Notes: generated by a model not told the origin, from the sequence alone. A stretch of DNA of 45,791 nt from an uncultured Verrucomicrobiota bacterium (GCA_964402125.1 CAYOBH010000004.1:1-45791); one strand, 5' to 3'; positions 15,790 to 25,500 are shown, counted from the first letter of the stretch. Numbers and translations are program-made.

Positions 15790-17208
15790 CTAGAGGACGG
15801 AACGACCCAAAGAGATCCCCATGATAAAGGGTTCAGGCGGTTCTACGCCCTCGGGACAGACGTCTTTATAGATCACGTCGAGCACCTCCTCCGGAATATC
15901 AACCGTGGAAAAGAGCGGAAGGATTGGATTCCCTTTTGAATCCTCAGGGTATTCAACGCCCTTTTCCTCAACAAACAGCACTGTTTCAGAACGCAACTCC
16001 CCCGAAGGGGTCATGATGATATCGAGCGAAATATCTTTTCCTTCCCGAACGGTGATCCACTCCCCGCTGAGAGCATACTTTGCATGCGCCGAAAAAGGAA
16101 GAACACCGGCCCGAATCACGGCTTCATCAGACATCTCTCCCAAACCTGAATGATTACTGAAAACCAGCTTCCCATCGACGCCGATCACCAGCAAGCCCTC
16201 GCTCTGAGCAACAAAGCGGAACGTCGTACTTCGCCCCGATTGCATTTTCTCTTTACACCACGCCACCCATTTGGATTCAGGTAAGACACTGCGGTCCGAT
16301 TGCGGCGGAAATCCCAAAAAACTCAGAAATGGACGTCTGAAATAAAAATGCTCGCTCACTGAGAGCCTCAACGCACGATCTTTAATTTGTGACTCCGCAT
16401 GGTCGAGATAAACCTCCTTGAACCCTCCATCAACAACCTCCCGAATGGATTCAACGAGTCCGTACGGAAGCGCCTTTTCCTGCTCATCCGAAAGCGCAAT
16501 GGCGGAAAACGAAAGAGTAACAGGCCTATCACGCCATGTGCCGGATAAATAATATTTCTGGAGCAAAAAGTACCCCTGCTCTCTAGCAAACAGCTCCTCC
16601 AAATTCAGTGTTTTAAGCGCGCTTTTCTGCGTGGCATCGCTCGCAACAATATTTCCCTTTTTATCAACCACTAAGACGAGAGTGAACCCATAGTTGCTAA
16701 TCTGAAAAATTGCATTGGTAAATGCTCCTACAAAATAGCTGTCTTCATCGGAAAACTGAATATTCTCGATCCGGTCATGTGTCATCAGTCGACGGTCTGG
16801 ACCGAATACGAGAACGTATACATCCAGCTTTTTCTCAATCGGTTTTATTCCCTTTTTGATCTTAATAAGCGGATAGTATCCCGATACTTGAATTTCATCC
16901 CCAACAGTATGGCTATCGCTTATTATCTCGCTCTGTGTTGGCGGATTCTCAATTACATTCGCGCGGATGCTGATCTCGATTTTCAGCTCAATCGGACGCT
17001 TGAAACGGACATATTCCTGATCTTCGTCCGATAAACCGGACAACGGAACCTTAATACTGCGATCGTCCAGTCCTTTCAAAACAACATCCGGCCCGCTTTC
17101 TCTGACCATTTCCCCTTCAAAGGTATCGCCAGCCTGAGAAGTCCACGTGCGCATTTCGGCCTGCACGCAGACCGCCGCAAAAAACAGAACAAAACAAATA
17201 TATCTCAT
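15790..17208 (-). CDS. Secreted SHD1-domain protein with possible C-terminal PA14-like beta domain
   Basis: Signal peptide MRYICFVLFFAAVCVQA, then MRTWTSQAG...VPLSGLSDEDQEYV (SHD1 signature). The C-terminus has FRFVAQSEGLLVIGVDGKLVF. AT-richer than its neighbours. Confidence 0.75.
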   Translation of the reverse strand: MRYICFVLFFAAVCVQAEMRTWTSQAGDTFEGEMVRESGPDVVLKGLDDRSIKVPLSGLSDEDQEYVRFKRPIELKIEISIRANVIENPPTQSEIISDSHTVGDEIQVSGYYPLIKIKKGIKPIEKKLDVYVLVFGPDRRLMTHDRIENIQFSDEDSYFVGAFTNAIFQISNYGFTLVLVVDKKGNIVASDATQKSALKTLNLEELFAREQGYFLLQKYYLSGTWRDRPVTLSFSAIALSDEQEKALPYGLVESIREVVDGGFKEVYLDHAESQIKDRALRLSVSEHFYFRRPFLSFLGFPPQSDRSVLPESKWVAWCKEKMQSGRSTTFRFVAQSEGLLVIGVDGKLVFSNHSGLGEMSDEAVIRAGVLPFSAHAKYALSGEWITVREGKDISLDIIMTPSGELRSETVLFVEEKGVEYPEDSKGNPILPLFSTVDIPEEVLDVIYKDVCPEGVEPPEPFIMGISLGRSVL

Positions 17209-17345
17209 ACCAACTCCGCAGCTTGGATCAACTATTTCCAAATAAGTCCTATCAAATAAACAAAACCACAAGAGTAGATCAACTCAAACAGACGGCGTTT
17301 TGATAAGAACACCTGATTGCAAGGGCCACTGAGGCACGCGCTGGT

Positions 17346-17373
17346 AACGTAGACGAAGCAAGGATGGATCGTC
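17346..17373. repeat. Degenerate copy of the 15686 REP family
   Basis: AACGTAGACGAAGCAAGGATGGATCGTC shares AACGTAGA and ACGAAGCAAGGAT with the two arms at 15686-15774. Confidence 0.55.
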
Positions 17374-17551
17374 GATATACAGATCCATCTTGTCCGGAAA
17401 ACAGAAAAGGGGCCCGTTTAACTCAGCAAATACAGCCGAGAGTGGGCATAAAAACCGCGACCTTCCTGTTGATGGTTGTCTCGGCCTATTCGAATGCGAC
17501 GAGGCGGTTACTGCATTTTGCAATCCACCCCCCCCCGCAACCTAAAATGCT

Positions 17552-18478
17552 CTATGCTTCCTCAAAGAGCCAAGTGGAAAGGTAGCGTTCTCCGGTATCG
17601 CAAATCACCGTGACAATCAGTTTGCCCTCGTTTTCGGGGCGTTTTGCCAATTCAAGCGCAGCAAAAACATTTGCTCCTGCGGAAATCCCGCACAGAATAC
17701 CCTCCTCCTTGGCAAGCCGCCGAGCCGTCGCTCCGGCTTCATCGCCATCCAGAAGAATGACTTCGTCAATCAGATCCATCTGAAGGTTGTTGGGAATAAA
17801 CCCAGCACCGATACCCTGAATCTTATGCTGTCCCGGCTTGCCTCCCGAAATCACGGATGAGGTTTTCGGCTCCACGGCAACCACTTTTATCTGAGCATTT
17901 TTTTCTTTGAGCCTCGAACCGACTCCACTGAGTGTTCCGCCCGTTCCTACACCGGCCACAAAAATATCCACCTTACCATCCGTATCATCCCAGATCTCCT
18001 CCGCCGTGGTTTCACGATGAATCCTCGGATTGGACGGGTTATCAAATTGCTGAAGCATAATGGCATTCGGATTTTTCCGGATCAGTTCCTCTGCGGCATG
18101 GATAGCGCCTGGCATTCCTTCTCCGGCCGGGGTCAGCACCAATTCAGCACCCAGCACCTTCAACAGGCGGCGGCGCTCAATACTCATGCTCTCGGGCATC
18201 GTAAGAATCAGTTTATACCCTTTGGCTGCTGCCGTAAACGCGAGCGCAATTCCAGTATTTCCACTGGTAGGCTCAATCAACGTAGACCCGGGATGGATCA
18301 GCCCTTTTTTCTCTGCATCCTCAATCATCGCCACACCGATTCGATCTTTCACACTCGAAAGTGGATTGCGCGACTCCAACTTAACAGCAATGGTCGCCGT
18401 GAGTCCTTCAGCGATCCGATTGAGTTTTACAAGCGGAGTGTGCCCGACGGTTTCAGTTATATTGTTGTATAAAGGCAT
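17552..18478 (-). CDS. cysK: Cysteine synthase A (O-acetylserine sulfhydrylase)
   Basis: Motifs SVKDRI (PLP lysine), [24 protein letters not shown] and DTGERYLST. Confidence 0.97.
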   Translation of the reverse strand: MPLYNNITETVGHTPLVKLNRIAEGLTATIAVKLESRNPLSSVKDRIGVAMIEDAEKKGLIHPGSTLIEPTSGNTGIALAFTAAAKGYKLILTMPESMSIERRRLLKVLGAELVLTPAGEGMPGAIHAAEELIRKNPNAIMLQQFDNPSNPRIHRETTAEEIWDDTDGKVDIFVAGVGTGGTLSGVGSRLKEKNAQIKVVAVEPKTSSVISGGKPGQHKIQGIGAGFIPNNLQMDLIDEVILLDGDEAGATARRLAKEEGILCGISAGANVFAALELAKRPENEGKLIVTVICDTGERYLSTWLFEEA

Positions 18479-18491
18479 CTTGATTCCTCCG

Positions 18492-18929
18492 TTAAATATT
18501 AAACATGATGGGTTCGTTCTTTACACGCTCTTCATAGTCATCCTGTAGTTCCTTGAGCGTGATTTTTGAAAAATAGTCCTTTAATACGCGGCTGGCCCCC
18601 TGCCAAACACGCTGAACGACGCATTCATCTGATCGGTTACAGCCTTCAGCCAAACACCCCACCAGATTAACATCTCCCTCCGATGCCGACAGCACATCGT
18701 ACACCGTGATTTCCGTCGGCTCCTTCGCCAACCGAAATCCGCCGCGCAACCCGCGCACACTGTTCACCAGCCCGGCATTTTTAAGCGGAACAATGATCTG
18801 TTCAATATAGTCGGTGGAAATCCCTTCCTGATCCGCAATCTTCTTCTTCGGAACGGGATGATCTCCCTGCATCCGTGAAATACACAGCAGGATACGCATT
18901 GCATAGCGCCCCTTCGTAGATAATTTCAT
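18492..18929 (-). CDS. Rrf2 family transcriptional regulator (IscR/CymR-like) with three C-terminal Cys
   Basis: [10 protein letters not shown]...YIEQI...[12 protein letters not shown]; C-x4-C-x5-C; GGAGG RBS before ATG 18929. Confidence 0.93.
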   Translation of the reverse strand: MKLSTKGRYAMRILLCISRMQGDHPVPKKKIADQEGISTDYIEQIIVPLKNAGLVNSVRGLRGGFRLAKEPTEITVYDVLSASEGDVNLVGCLAEGCNRSDECVVQRVWQGASRVLKDYFSKITLKELQDDYEERVKNEPIMFNI

Positions 18930-18972
18930 ACCGAACCTCCTGAAACCAATGATTTGATTATTATCTTTATCA

Positions 18973-19001
18973 CGTATAATTCGGACCCCTATACCCGTCA
19001 A
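18973..19001 (-). promoter_or_regulatory. Putative sigma70 promoter of rrf2-cysK
   Basis: TTGACG-N17-TATACG on the minus strand. Confidence 0.45.
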
Positions 19002-19118
19002 GCCCATTTCCTTAAAAATAGAGCTTTTTAACAAGAGGCGTGGCTAACCAATTATTGCTTTGGTGCAGTCTTTCAGCCTGCGGCAGGGTCCGGAGACAAA
19101 GTCCTGTAAATACGGCTC

Positions 19119-19147
19119 TTGACTCCTCTGGCCGATATGCACAGAAT
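19119..19147 (+). promoter_or_regulatory. Putative sigma70 promoter of guaB
   Basis: TTGACT-N17-CAGAAT shortly upstream of the start. Confidence 0.55.
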
Positions 19148-19170
19148 AACAAGGCAAAAGGATGCAAAAT

Positions 19171-20655
19171 ATGAGCCGAAATAAGTATGTTGATGATTTC
19201 ATGGAAACCTTCCCTTATGAGGGACTTACCTTCGACGATGTCTCACTGATCACCCAGTATGCGGACTTTCTCCCGGGCGATACCGACATTTCGACCAGGC
19301 TGACCCGCAACATCACCATGAACATTCCTTTTCTCAGTGCCGCCATGGACACCGTAACGGAAGCACGAATGGCCATCTCTATGGCCATGCTAGGCGGCAT
19401 CGGAGTCATTCACAAAAACCTGGACCCGGAAGTTCAGGCCCAACATGTCAGCCGGGTAAAGAATCACCTCAACGGGCTGATCGCTTCACCGATAACCTTT
19501 AACGTAAACGACACCCTCGAAACGATTTCCATTCGGCAGGCGGAAAGAGGCTTCGGCTTCAGCGGCTTTCCCATTCTGGACGACGACGGCAAACTGGCCG
19601 GCATCCTGACCTCAAAAGACGTACGCTTTTCGCGCGCCAAGCGCGCCAAAGTGACGGACGTAATGACCACCGACATCATCACTGCCGCTCCAAACACCAA
19701 CCTTCGGCAGGCGTATGACATTATGCAGCAGCACAAGATTGGAAAGCTGCCGCTGGTCGAAAACGGGAAACTCGTTGGGCTCTACAGTTATACAGACGTC
19801 CGCCGCCTGATTGAAAATGAAGATCCCCTTTTTAACAGGGATACGCGGTACCGCCTACGCGTGGCCGCTGCCATCGGCCCGGGCGACTATGCACGCGCGG
19901 AAGTCCTCAATCAGGCCGAAGTCGATGTTCTCGTGGTAGACACCGCGCACGGCCACTCCAAGGGCGTGATCGATATGGTCGCATGGGTAAAGAATAAATT
20001 TCCGCATATCGACGTAATCGGCGGCAACATTGCCACCGGCGAAGGAGCACTTGCCCTGCGCGATGCCGGCGCGGACGCGGTTAAGGTCGGCATCGGCCCC
20101 GGCTCCATCTGCACCACCCGCGTAGTGGCCGGTGTGGGTATTCCACAGATTTCAGCCATTTATGCAGCCGCCAGCGCGCTTAAAGGAGAGATTCCGGTCA
20201 TCGCCGACGGCGGTATCCGCAACTCGGGGGATATCCCGAAAGCGCTCGTAGCCGGAGCAGACTCCGTCATGATGGGCTCTGTTCTTGCCGGAACAGAAGA
20301 AAGCCCCGGCGAAAAAATTATCTATGAAGGCCGCCAGTTTGTCATTTACCGCGGAATGGGCAGCCTCGATGCCATGAAATCCCGTGAAGGCAGTCGTCAG
20401 CGCTATGGTTTGAGCGACGAAGACGATCTGGTGCCGCAGGGCATTGAAGGCATGGTCCCCTACGCAGGAACCGTGAACAAGGTGCTGAAACAGTTCTGCG
20501 GCGGTCTCCGGGCCAGCCTCGGCTACTGCGGCACAGAAAACATTCCGGCCCTGAAAGAAAGCGCTCGCTTCGTTCGGGTATCGCACGCCGGATCGATCGA
20601 AGCGCATGCGCACGATATTAAAATTACGAAGGAGGCGCCGAATTATCGGCGCTAA
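19171..20655 (+). CDS. guaB: Inosine-5'-monophosphate dehydrogenase with CBS pair
   Basis: Motifs [32 protein letters not shown] (catalytic Cys), ADGG and YRGMGS. Start is 19171 (AAGGA RBS) or 19162. Confidence 0.97.
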   Translation: MSRNKYVDDFMETFPYEGLTFDDVSLITQYADFLPGDTDISTRLTRNITMNIPFLSAAMDTVTEARMAISMAMLGGIGVIHKNLDPEVQAQHVSRVKNHLNGLIASPITFNVNDTLETISIRQAERGFGFSGFPILDDDGKLAGILTSKDVRFSRAKRAKVTDVMTTDIITAAPNTNLRQAYDIMQQHKIGKLPLVENGKLVGLYSYTDVRRLIENEDPLFNRDTRYRLRVAAAIGPGDYARAEVLNQAEVDVLVVDTAHGHSKGVIDMVAWVKNKFPHIDVIGGNIATGEGALALRDAGADAVKVGIGPGSICTTRVVAGVGIPQISAIYAAASALKGEIPVIADGGIRNSGDIPKALVAGADSVMMGSVLAGTEESPGEKIIYEGRQFVIYRGMGSLDAMKSREGSRQRYGLSDEDDLVPQGIEGMVPYAGTVNKVLKQFCGGLRASLGYCGTENIPALKESARFVRVSHAGSIEAHAHDIKITKEAPNYRR

Positions 20656-20659
20656 ACAG

Positions 20660-20830
20660 ATGACACAACGCTTACTTTTGGTCCTCTTTATCCTGAGTTC
20701 AGCAAGTGGATGCGCACTCGTCACCACCCCCGTGAAGGTGGCTGGAACGGCCGCCTCCACCGCGATTAAAACGACGGGAACGGCCGTTTCCACGCCCTTC
20801 AAAATGGCGGGTGACTCCGACAAGGAGTAA
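20660..20830 (+). CDS. Small lipoprotein (56 aa)
   Basis: MTQRLLLVLFILSSASGC lipobox, followed by a Thr/Ala-rich VTTPVKVAGTAASTAIKTTG segment. It fills the gap between guaB and nadE. Confidence 0.8.
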   Translation: MTQRLLLVLFILSSASGCALVTTPVKVAGTAASTAIKTTGTAVSTPFKMAGDSDKE

Positions 20831-20834
20831 GCGC

Positions 20835-22448
20835 TTGTTTAAATCAGTACTAGTTCAGATCAACCCTACCGTCGGCGCCTTACAGGCGAACGCCGACCTC
20901 ATCGTTGAAAAGGCCCGAACTGCGGCGGATGCCGGTGCGCGGCTGATTGTTTTCCCGGAACTGACGATCTCCGGCTATCCGCCGGAGGATCTTGTTCTGA
21001 AGGATCATTTCTGCGCCGACTGTGAATATCAGCTGAAGCGGATTGCGAAGGCGCTTCCTCCGGAACCTTATATCGTTGTGGGGGCCCCCGTTTTTCGCGC
21101 TGGAGCCAGATATAATGCCGCCATCGTTTTTCACGACGGAGAAGCGATCGGCGAATACCACAAAATGCTCCTGCCCAACTATGGCGTATTCGACGAAAAG
21201 CGGCTGTTTGAACTTGGCACCACACCGCTCATTTTTGAGATTAACGGCAAACGCGCGGCCGTTCACATCTGCGAAGATTCGTGGTTTCCCTCCGGGGTCG
21301 CTGTGGAAGGGCTGAAAAACGAACCTATTGATCTGCTGATCAACCTCTCCGCATCGCCCTATCATCGAGGAAAGTTGAACCATCGGATTCAGACACTGTC
21401 GGAGACCGCAAAAAAACTGGGGGCGGAGCTGCTTTACGCCAATACCGTCGGCGGACAGGATGGACTGGTTTTTGATGGAGCGAGCATGGTTTTTTCGCCC
21501 AACGGAGAGCTGCTGGCCCTGGCAAAGCAGTTTCAGGAAGACCTGCTCTATTTTGACCATGCAGAGCATCTCGAAAACCGCATGGAGCTGCCCCTCCCCG
21601 ATCTGGAAGAGGTTTATACAGCACTCACGCTCGGCCTCCGCGATTACGTCAACAAAATCGGATTTAAGCGCGTGGTTGTTGCGCTCAGCGGAGGAATTGA
21701 CTCGGCGCTCGTCCTGGCCATCGCGGTCGATGCGCTGGGAAAGGAGCGCGTCGCTTCGGTCACCATGCCGTCGCAATATTCCTCTTCCGGAACGCTCGGC
21801 GATGCTCATGAGATGGCCCGAATTCTCGACATTGAGTTTTATGAGATACCGATCAAACCGCTGTATGAAGAATTTAAAAATTCACTGGCCGAGGTTTGGG
21901 GTTCCGATAAAAAGCCGGGACTGGCCGAAGAAAATCTGCAGGCGCGTATCCGCGGAAATCTGATCATGGCGCTCTCCAATGAATATGGCTGGCTCGTGCT
22001 CACCACGGGAAACAAAAGCGAAATGGCCATGGGCTACTGCACCATCTACGGCGATATGGCCGGCGGATTTGCCGTCATTAAGGACGTCCCCAAAACGCTG
22101 GTCTTCGATCTCAGCCGCTGGCGCAATGAACAGAGCGACACGCCGGTCATCCCGCCCAGCATCATCGAGCGTCCGCCCTCCGCCGAGCTCCGGCCCGATC
22201 AAAAAGACACCGATTCGCTTCCGCCCTACGACGTGCTCGACCCCATTCTGATGGACTATGTCGAAAACGACATGGGCATCGACAGCCTTACCGCGAAGGG
22301 ATACGACGAAGCGCTCGTCCGCCGCGTAGTTCATGCGGTGGAACAGAGCGAATATAAACGCCGCCAGTCACCGCCCGGCGTAAAAATTACACCTCGCTCC
22401 TTCGACCGCGACCGCCGCATGCCGATCGTGAATCGGTATAGAAATTGA
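20835..22448 (+). CDS. nadE: Glutamine-dependent NAD+ synthetase
   Basis: Nitrilase domain (FPEL, YHKMLLPNYGVFDEKR, ICED) plus synthetase domain (SGGIDS, ENLQARIR, TTGNKSE, PSAELRPDQKD). TTG start at 20835 after AGGAG. Confidence 0.96.
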   Translation: MFKSVLVQINPTVGALQANADLIVEKARTAADAGARLIVFPELTISGYPPEDLVLKDHFCADCEYQLKRIAKALPPEPYIVVGAPVFRAGARYNAAIVFHDGEAIGEYHKMLLPNYGVFDEKRLFELGTTPLIFEINGKRAAVHICEDSWFPSGVAVEGLKNEPIDLLINLSASPYHRGKLNHRIQTLSETAKKLGAELLYANTVGGQDGLVFDGASMVFSPNGELLALAKQFQEDLLYFDHAEHLENRMELPLPDLEEVYTALTLGLRDYVNKIGFKRVVVALSGGIDSALVLAIAVDALGKERVASVTMPSQYSSSGTLGDAHEMARILDIEFYEIPIKPLYEEFKNSLAEVWGSDKKPGLAEENLQARIRGNLIMALSNEYGWLVLTTGNKSEMAMGYCTIYGDMAGGFAVIKDVPKTLVFDLSRWRNEQSDTPVIPPSIIERPPSAELRPDQKDTDSLPPYDVLDPILMDYVENDMGIDSLTAKGYDEALVRRVVHAVEQSEYKRRQSPPGVKITPRSFDRDRRMPIVNRYRN

Positions 22449-22492
22449 GTCGTGAAGCGTAGAATGCTACGTCGACCAAGAACCCCGTCAAT

Positions 22493-22632
22493 TACGCAGT
22501 ACAAATTACGTATTTCGTATTATTACGTATTACGTATTACGTATTACGCGTTACGCATTACGTACTACGCAATACGCAATACGCAATAAGCACTACGTTC
22601 GCATCACGTATTACCCGTCACGCATTACGAAT
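22493..22632. repeat. Heptamer tandem array (TACGYAW consensus), about 19 units
   Basis: TACGTAT/TACGCAT/TACGCAA units between the convergent nadE and trpG; the last unit abuts the trpG stop. Confidence 0.95.
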
Positions 22633-23195
22633 CACAAATCCAGAAAATTCTGAAGCAGCTTTTTACCTTCGCGCGTCAGGATCGATTCCGGATGGAACTG
22701 GACGCCGTGCACCGGATGCTCTTTGTGCTGAACGCCCATAATCTCACCTTCGGCGGTCCAGGCGGTAATCTCCAGACAGTCCGGCAGCGAATCGCGCTCG
22801 ATAATGAGCGAGTGATAGCGCGTGGCGTCGAACGGACTCGGAAGCCCTTTAAACACACTCTTCTCTTCGTGGAGGATCGGCGATGTCTTTCCATGCATGA
22901 GCCGATCCGCGCGTACGACGTTTCCGCCGTAGACCTCACCGATGGACTGATGTCCCAGACAAACGCCAAGAAGCGGAAGGCGCGGACCGAATTCGCGGAT
23001 AATATCGCAGGAAACGCCCGCCTCCTTCGGCGTGCAGGGCCCCGGACTGACGAGTACTTTTTCCGGCTTCAGCGCCACGGCCTCTTCGACCGTAATTTTA
23101 TCGTTCCGAAAGACCCGCATTTCAGCGCCGAGTTCACCCAGATACTGCACGAGGTTAAACGTAAACGAATCGTAGTTATCGATCACTAAAATCAT
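22632..23195 (-). CDS. trpG: Anthranilate synthase component II (glutamine amidotransferase)
   Basis: Motifs [24 protein letters not shown] and QFHPES; linked to trpE. Confidence 0.93.
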   Translation of the reverse strand: MILVIDNYDSFTFNLVQYLGELGAEMRVFRNDKITVEEAVALKPEKVLVSPGPCTPKEAGVSCDIIREFGPRLPLLGVCLGHQSIGEVYGGNVVRADRLMHGKTSPILHEEKSVFKGLPSPFDATRYHSLIIERDSLPDCLEITAWTAEGEIMGVQHKEHPVHGVQFHPESILTREGKKLLQNFLDL

Positions 23196-23199
23196 AATA

Positions 23200-23228
23200 T
23201 CTCTCGCAAAGGCGCCAAGACGCCAAGG
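23200..23228. repeat. Inverted arm 1 flanking the GxxExxY gene (TCTCT + 3 octamers)
   Basis: TCTCT CGCAAAGG CGCCAAGA CGCCAAGG on the + strand, directly abutting the GxxExxY stop. Confidence 0.9.
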
Positions 23229-23606
23229 TTATAGGCCATTCACGACCCGTGTAATCCCATTTTTTATGAGCGACTCTCCAAAATTAATGAGCAATCCAAG
23301 CCTCTTATCTGCCAGCTTCAAATAGGTCAGTAATTGCTTCTTATGAACATCTTTTACCAGCTCAACTGATTTGAGCTCAACAATAACCTTCGTGTTAACG
23401 ACCAAATCGGCCCTAAACCCCTCATCAAAAACCCGCCCTTTATAGACAACAGGGACTGATATTTGACGTTCAACAAGCAAACCCCGCTGTTCTAACTCAT
23501 CCGCCAAAATAGCTTCATACACACTCTCAAGCAACCCCGGCCCTGTTTCCTTATGAATATGAAATGCGACATCAACAATGAGTTTTGCTATTTCATTTTC
23601 AGTCAT
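23229..23606 (-). CDS. GxxExxY protein (PD-(D/E)XK nuclease superfamily)
   Basis: Motifs GPGLLESVYE, FRADLVV..VIVELKSV, QLLTYLK and GLLINFG; 125 aa; AT-richer than the trp genes. Confidence 0.95.
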   Translation of the reverse strand: MTENEIAKLIVDVAFHIHKETGPGLLESVYEAILADELEQRGLLVERQISVPVVYKGRVFDEGFRADLVVNTKVIVELKSVELVKDVHKKQLLTYLKLADKRLGLLINFGESLIKNGITRVVNGL

Positions 23607-23636
23607 GTCTTAGCGCCTTTGCGTCTTGGCGAGAGA
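23607..23636. repeat. Inverted arm 2 flanking the GxxExxY gene
   Basis: The minus strand reads TCTCT CGCCAAGA CGCAAAGG CGCTAAGA C, then the ATG immediately; it starts 1 nt after the trpE stop. Confidence 0.9.
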
Positions 23637-23637
23637 C

Positions 23638-25161
23638 CTATTTCTCTGTTCGGGCTTCGTAGTAGTGTTTTGCAAGCGCAAGCGCTTTCATCATACCGCG
23701 CGCTTTATTCTGCGTTTCTTCATATTCCAAGAGCGGAACCGAGTCGGCGACAATGCCCGCGCCGGCTTGAATGTAGGCCTTGCCCTTATCCAGAATCACG
23801 GTACGGATCGTGATGCAGGAGTCAACGTTTCCGTTATAGTTGAAGTAGCCTACCGCTCCGGCATAGGGACCGCGCTTGCTTTTTTCCAGCTCGGCAATGA
23901 TCTCCATGGCCCGAATCTTCGGCGCGCCGCTGACGGTACCGGCAGGAAAGGTTACGCGCATCACATCGTATTCATCGTGCTCAGCCGACAGATGGCCGGT
24001 CACATCGGAAACAATATGCATCACGTGGCTGTAGCGCTCAATCACCATCAGGTCTTCGACGCACACGCTGTTAAAATCGCACACACGACCGATATCGTTG
24101 CGCCCCAGATCCACCAGCATAATATGCTCCGCCCGCTCCTTGGGATCGGCCAGCAGTTCGCGCTCAAACCGCTGATCCTCTTCGGCATTCTTTCCGCGCG
24201 GCCGCGTTCCGGCAATCGGACGCACCTCCACCCGCTTATCTTCGCAACGAACATGAATCTCAGGCGAGGTGCCCACCATGGCGCTTTCGCCCATATCCAG
24301 ACAGAACATATAGGGCGAGGGATTAATCGCGCGCAGCGCCCGGTACACGTCCAGCGAATCGGCCTCGTTATCGACCTCAAACCGCTGCGAGAGCACCACC
24401 TGAATCACATCGCCGGAGCGGATATATTCCTTCCCCTTCTCGACCATCGATATAAATTCTTCCTTCGGCGTGTTCGATCGGGGAATCAGCGGCTCCACTT
24501 CGTCGTGCGATTCTATGAGCACCCGCTCAACCGGAGCCTTCAGCGCCTCGCACAATTCATCGATCTGTGCCAGCGCCTGATCGTACGCCGCATCCGGGTC
24601 GCCGTTAATATGCGCGTTCGCCACGATCTTCAGCCGATGATTCACCCGGTCAAAAATAATCAGGCCGTCAGTCACCATAAAGACCATATCGGGATTGCCG
24701 ATTTCATCGTTGGGAATCACCGGAACCCGCAGTTCAAACTGAGAAACCATATCATAGCCGATAAAGCCCACCGCCCCGCCGATAAAGCGCGGCAGCGACG
24801 GATCGTCAACCACCGGCGAAAACTGCGCCATATGCTGTTTCAGCGCATCCAGCGGATCAACATCGTCGAGCACAACCCGCTCGTTGCCCACGGTGGAAAT
24901 TTCCACCCGACGCCCATACGCCCGAATAATGGTGCGCGGGGTTCCGCCGATGAAAGAGTAACGCCCGATATTTTCGCCGCCCTCAACACTTTCCAGCAGA
25001 TAAGTATGCGAAGCCTGGTCGCGTTCACGAAGATAACTCCGCACCCGCTCATACGCCGAAACGGGCGTTTCCTGGTCGGCCAGAATTTCCTTCCATACCG
25101 GCACCAGATTCCCCTGTTTCGCCTTCTCTAAAAATGTCTCTCTATTGGGTAAAACGGCCAT
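23638..25161 (-). CDS. trpE: Anthranilate synthase component I
   Basis: Motifs LLESVEG..GRYS, QVVLSQR, NPSPYM, SPE, PIAGTRPRG, EHIMLVDLGRND, FPAGTVSGAPK and QAGAGIVADS. Confidence 0.96.
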   Translation of the reverse strand: MAVLPNRETFLEKAKQGNLVPVWKEILADQETPVSAYERVRSYLRERDQASHTYLLESVEGGENIGRYSFIGGTPRTIIRAYGRRVEISTVGNERVVLDDVDPLDALKQHMAQFSPVVDDPSLPRFIGGAVGFIGYDMVSQFELRVPVIPNDEIGNPDMVFMVTDGLIIFDRVNHRLKIVANAHINGDPDAAYDQALAQIDELCEALKAPVERVLIESHDEVEPLIPRSNTPKEEFISMVEKGKEYIRSGDVIQVVLSQRFEVDNEADSLDVYRALRAINPSPYMFCLDMGESAMVGTSPEIHVRCEDKRVEVRPIAGTRPRGKNAEEDQRFERELLADPKERAEHIMLVDLGRNDIGRVCDFNSVCVEDLMVIERYSHVMHIVSDVTGHLSAEHDEYDVMRVTFPAGTVSGAPKIRAMEIIAELEKSKRGPYAGAVGYFNYNGNVDSCITIRTVILDKGKAYIQAGAGIVADSVPLLEYEETQNKARGMMKALALAKHYYEARTEK

Positions 25162-25230
25162 ATTTCAATCTCACGGTTAAAAGGCCCAAAGATTAACCGT
25201 TTCGCCATACTTCGCAACCATAATTACTCG

Positions 25231-25323
25231 TTAACCGCCTTGCAAAATAAGGTTCACCTCATCGGCTTGATCCCGAGGGAATGCCATGCCACTATCTGCG
25301 TTTGCAACGACCTTGCTCATCAT
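25231..25323 (-). CDS. Putative 30-aa small ORF upstream of trpE
   Basis: AAAGGAG RBS then ATG ATG; translates to MMSKVVANADSGMAFPRDQADEVNLILQGG*. No Trp codons. Confidence 0.45.
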   Translation of the reverse strand: MMSKVVANADSGMAFPRDQADEVNLILQGG

Positions 25324-25370
25324 ATGCTCCTTTTTGTGATGAAATCAGAGCATAGGGCAGGTCGTTGCGT

Positions 25371-25391
25371 TTTGCACCAAATAGGTGCAAA
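25371..25391. promoter_or_regulatory. Palindromic operator resembling an NtrC box
   Basis: TTTGCACC-AAATA-GGTGCAAA with perfect 8-bp arms. The core TGCACCAAATAGGTGCA differs from TGCACCAnnnTGGTGCA at one position. Confidence 0.5.
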
Positions 25392-25500
25392 GGCGGCCAT
25401 CTTTTTAATCAATGATATAGGGGTGTTGAGTGAGGGATTTGCTGGCGTCAACTGCTCTTTCTAGGTTTATTACACACTGATCAGAGATCGGTTTGCATCG

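Noticed and set aside
22493-22632. Heptamer arrays as a possible CRISPR array
   Set aside because: The units are contiguous 7-mers with no unique spacers, and no cas genes are in the window.
23196-23640. GxxExxY cassette as a conventional IS element
   Set aside because: The ORF is too small, has no DDE/HUH/serine transposase motifs, and no target-site duplication is visible. It is kept as an unconventional cassette instead.
25162-25323. Classical trp attenuator or T-box upstream of trpE
   Set aside because: The leader ORF has no Trp codons, and no terminator/antiterminator with a U-tract or T-box motif was found.
25385-25400. Sigma54 promoter (TGGCCGCCTTTGCA, minus strand) next to the NtrC-like box
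   Set aside because: The GG-to-GC spacing is shorter than the strict -24/-12 requirement, and the site overlaps the putative enhancer.
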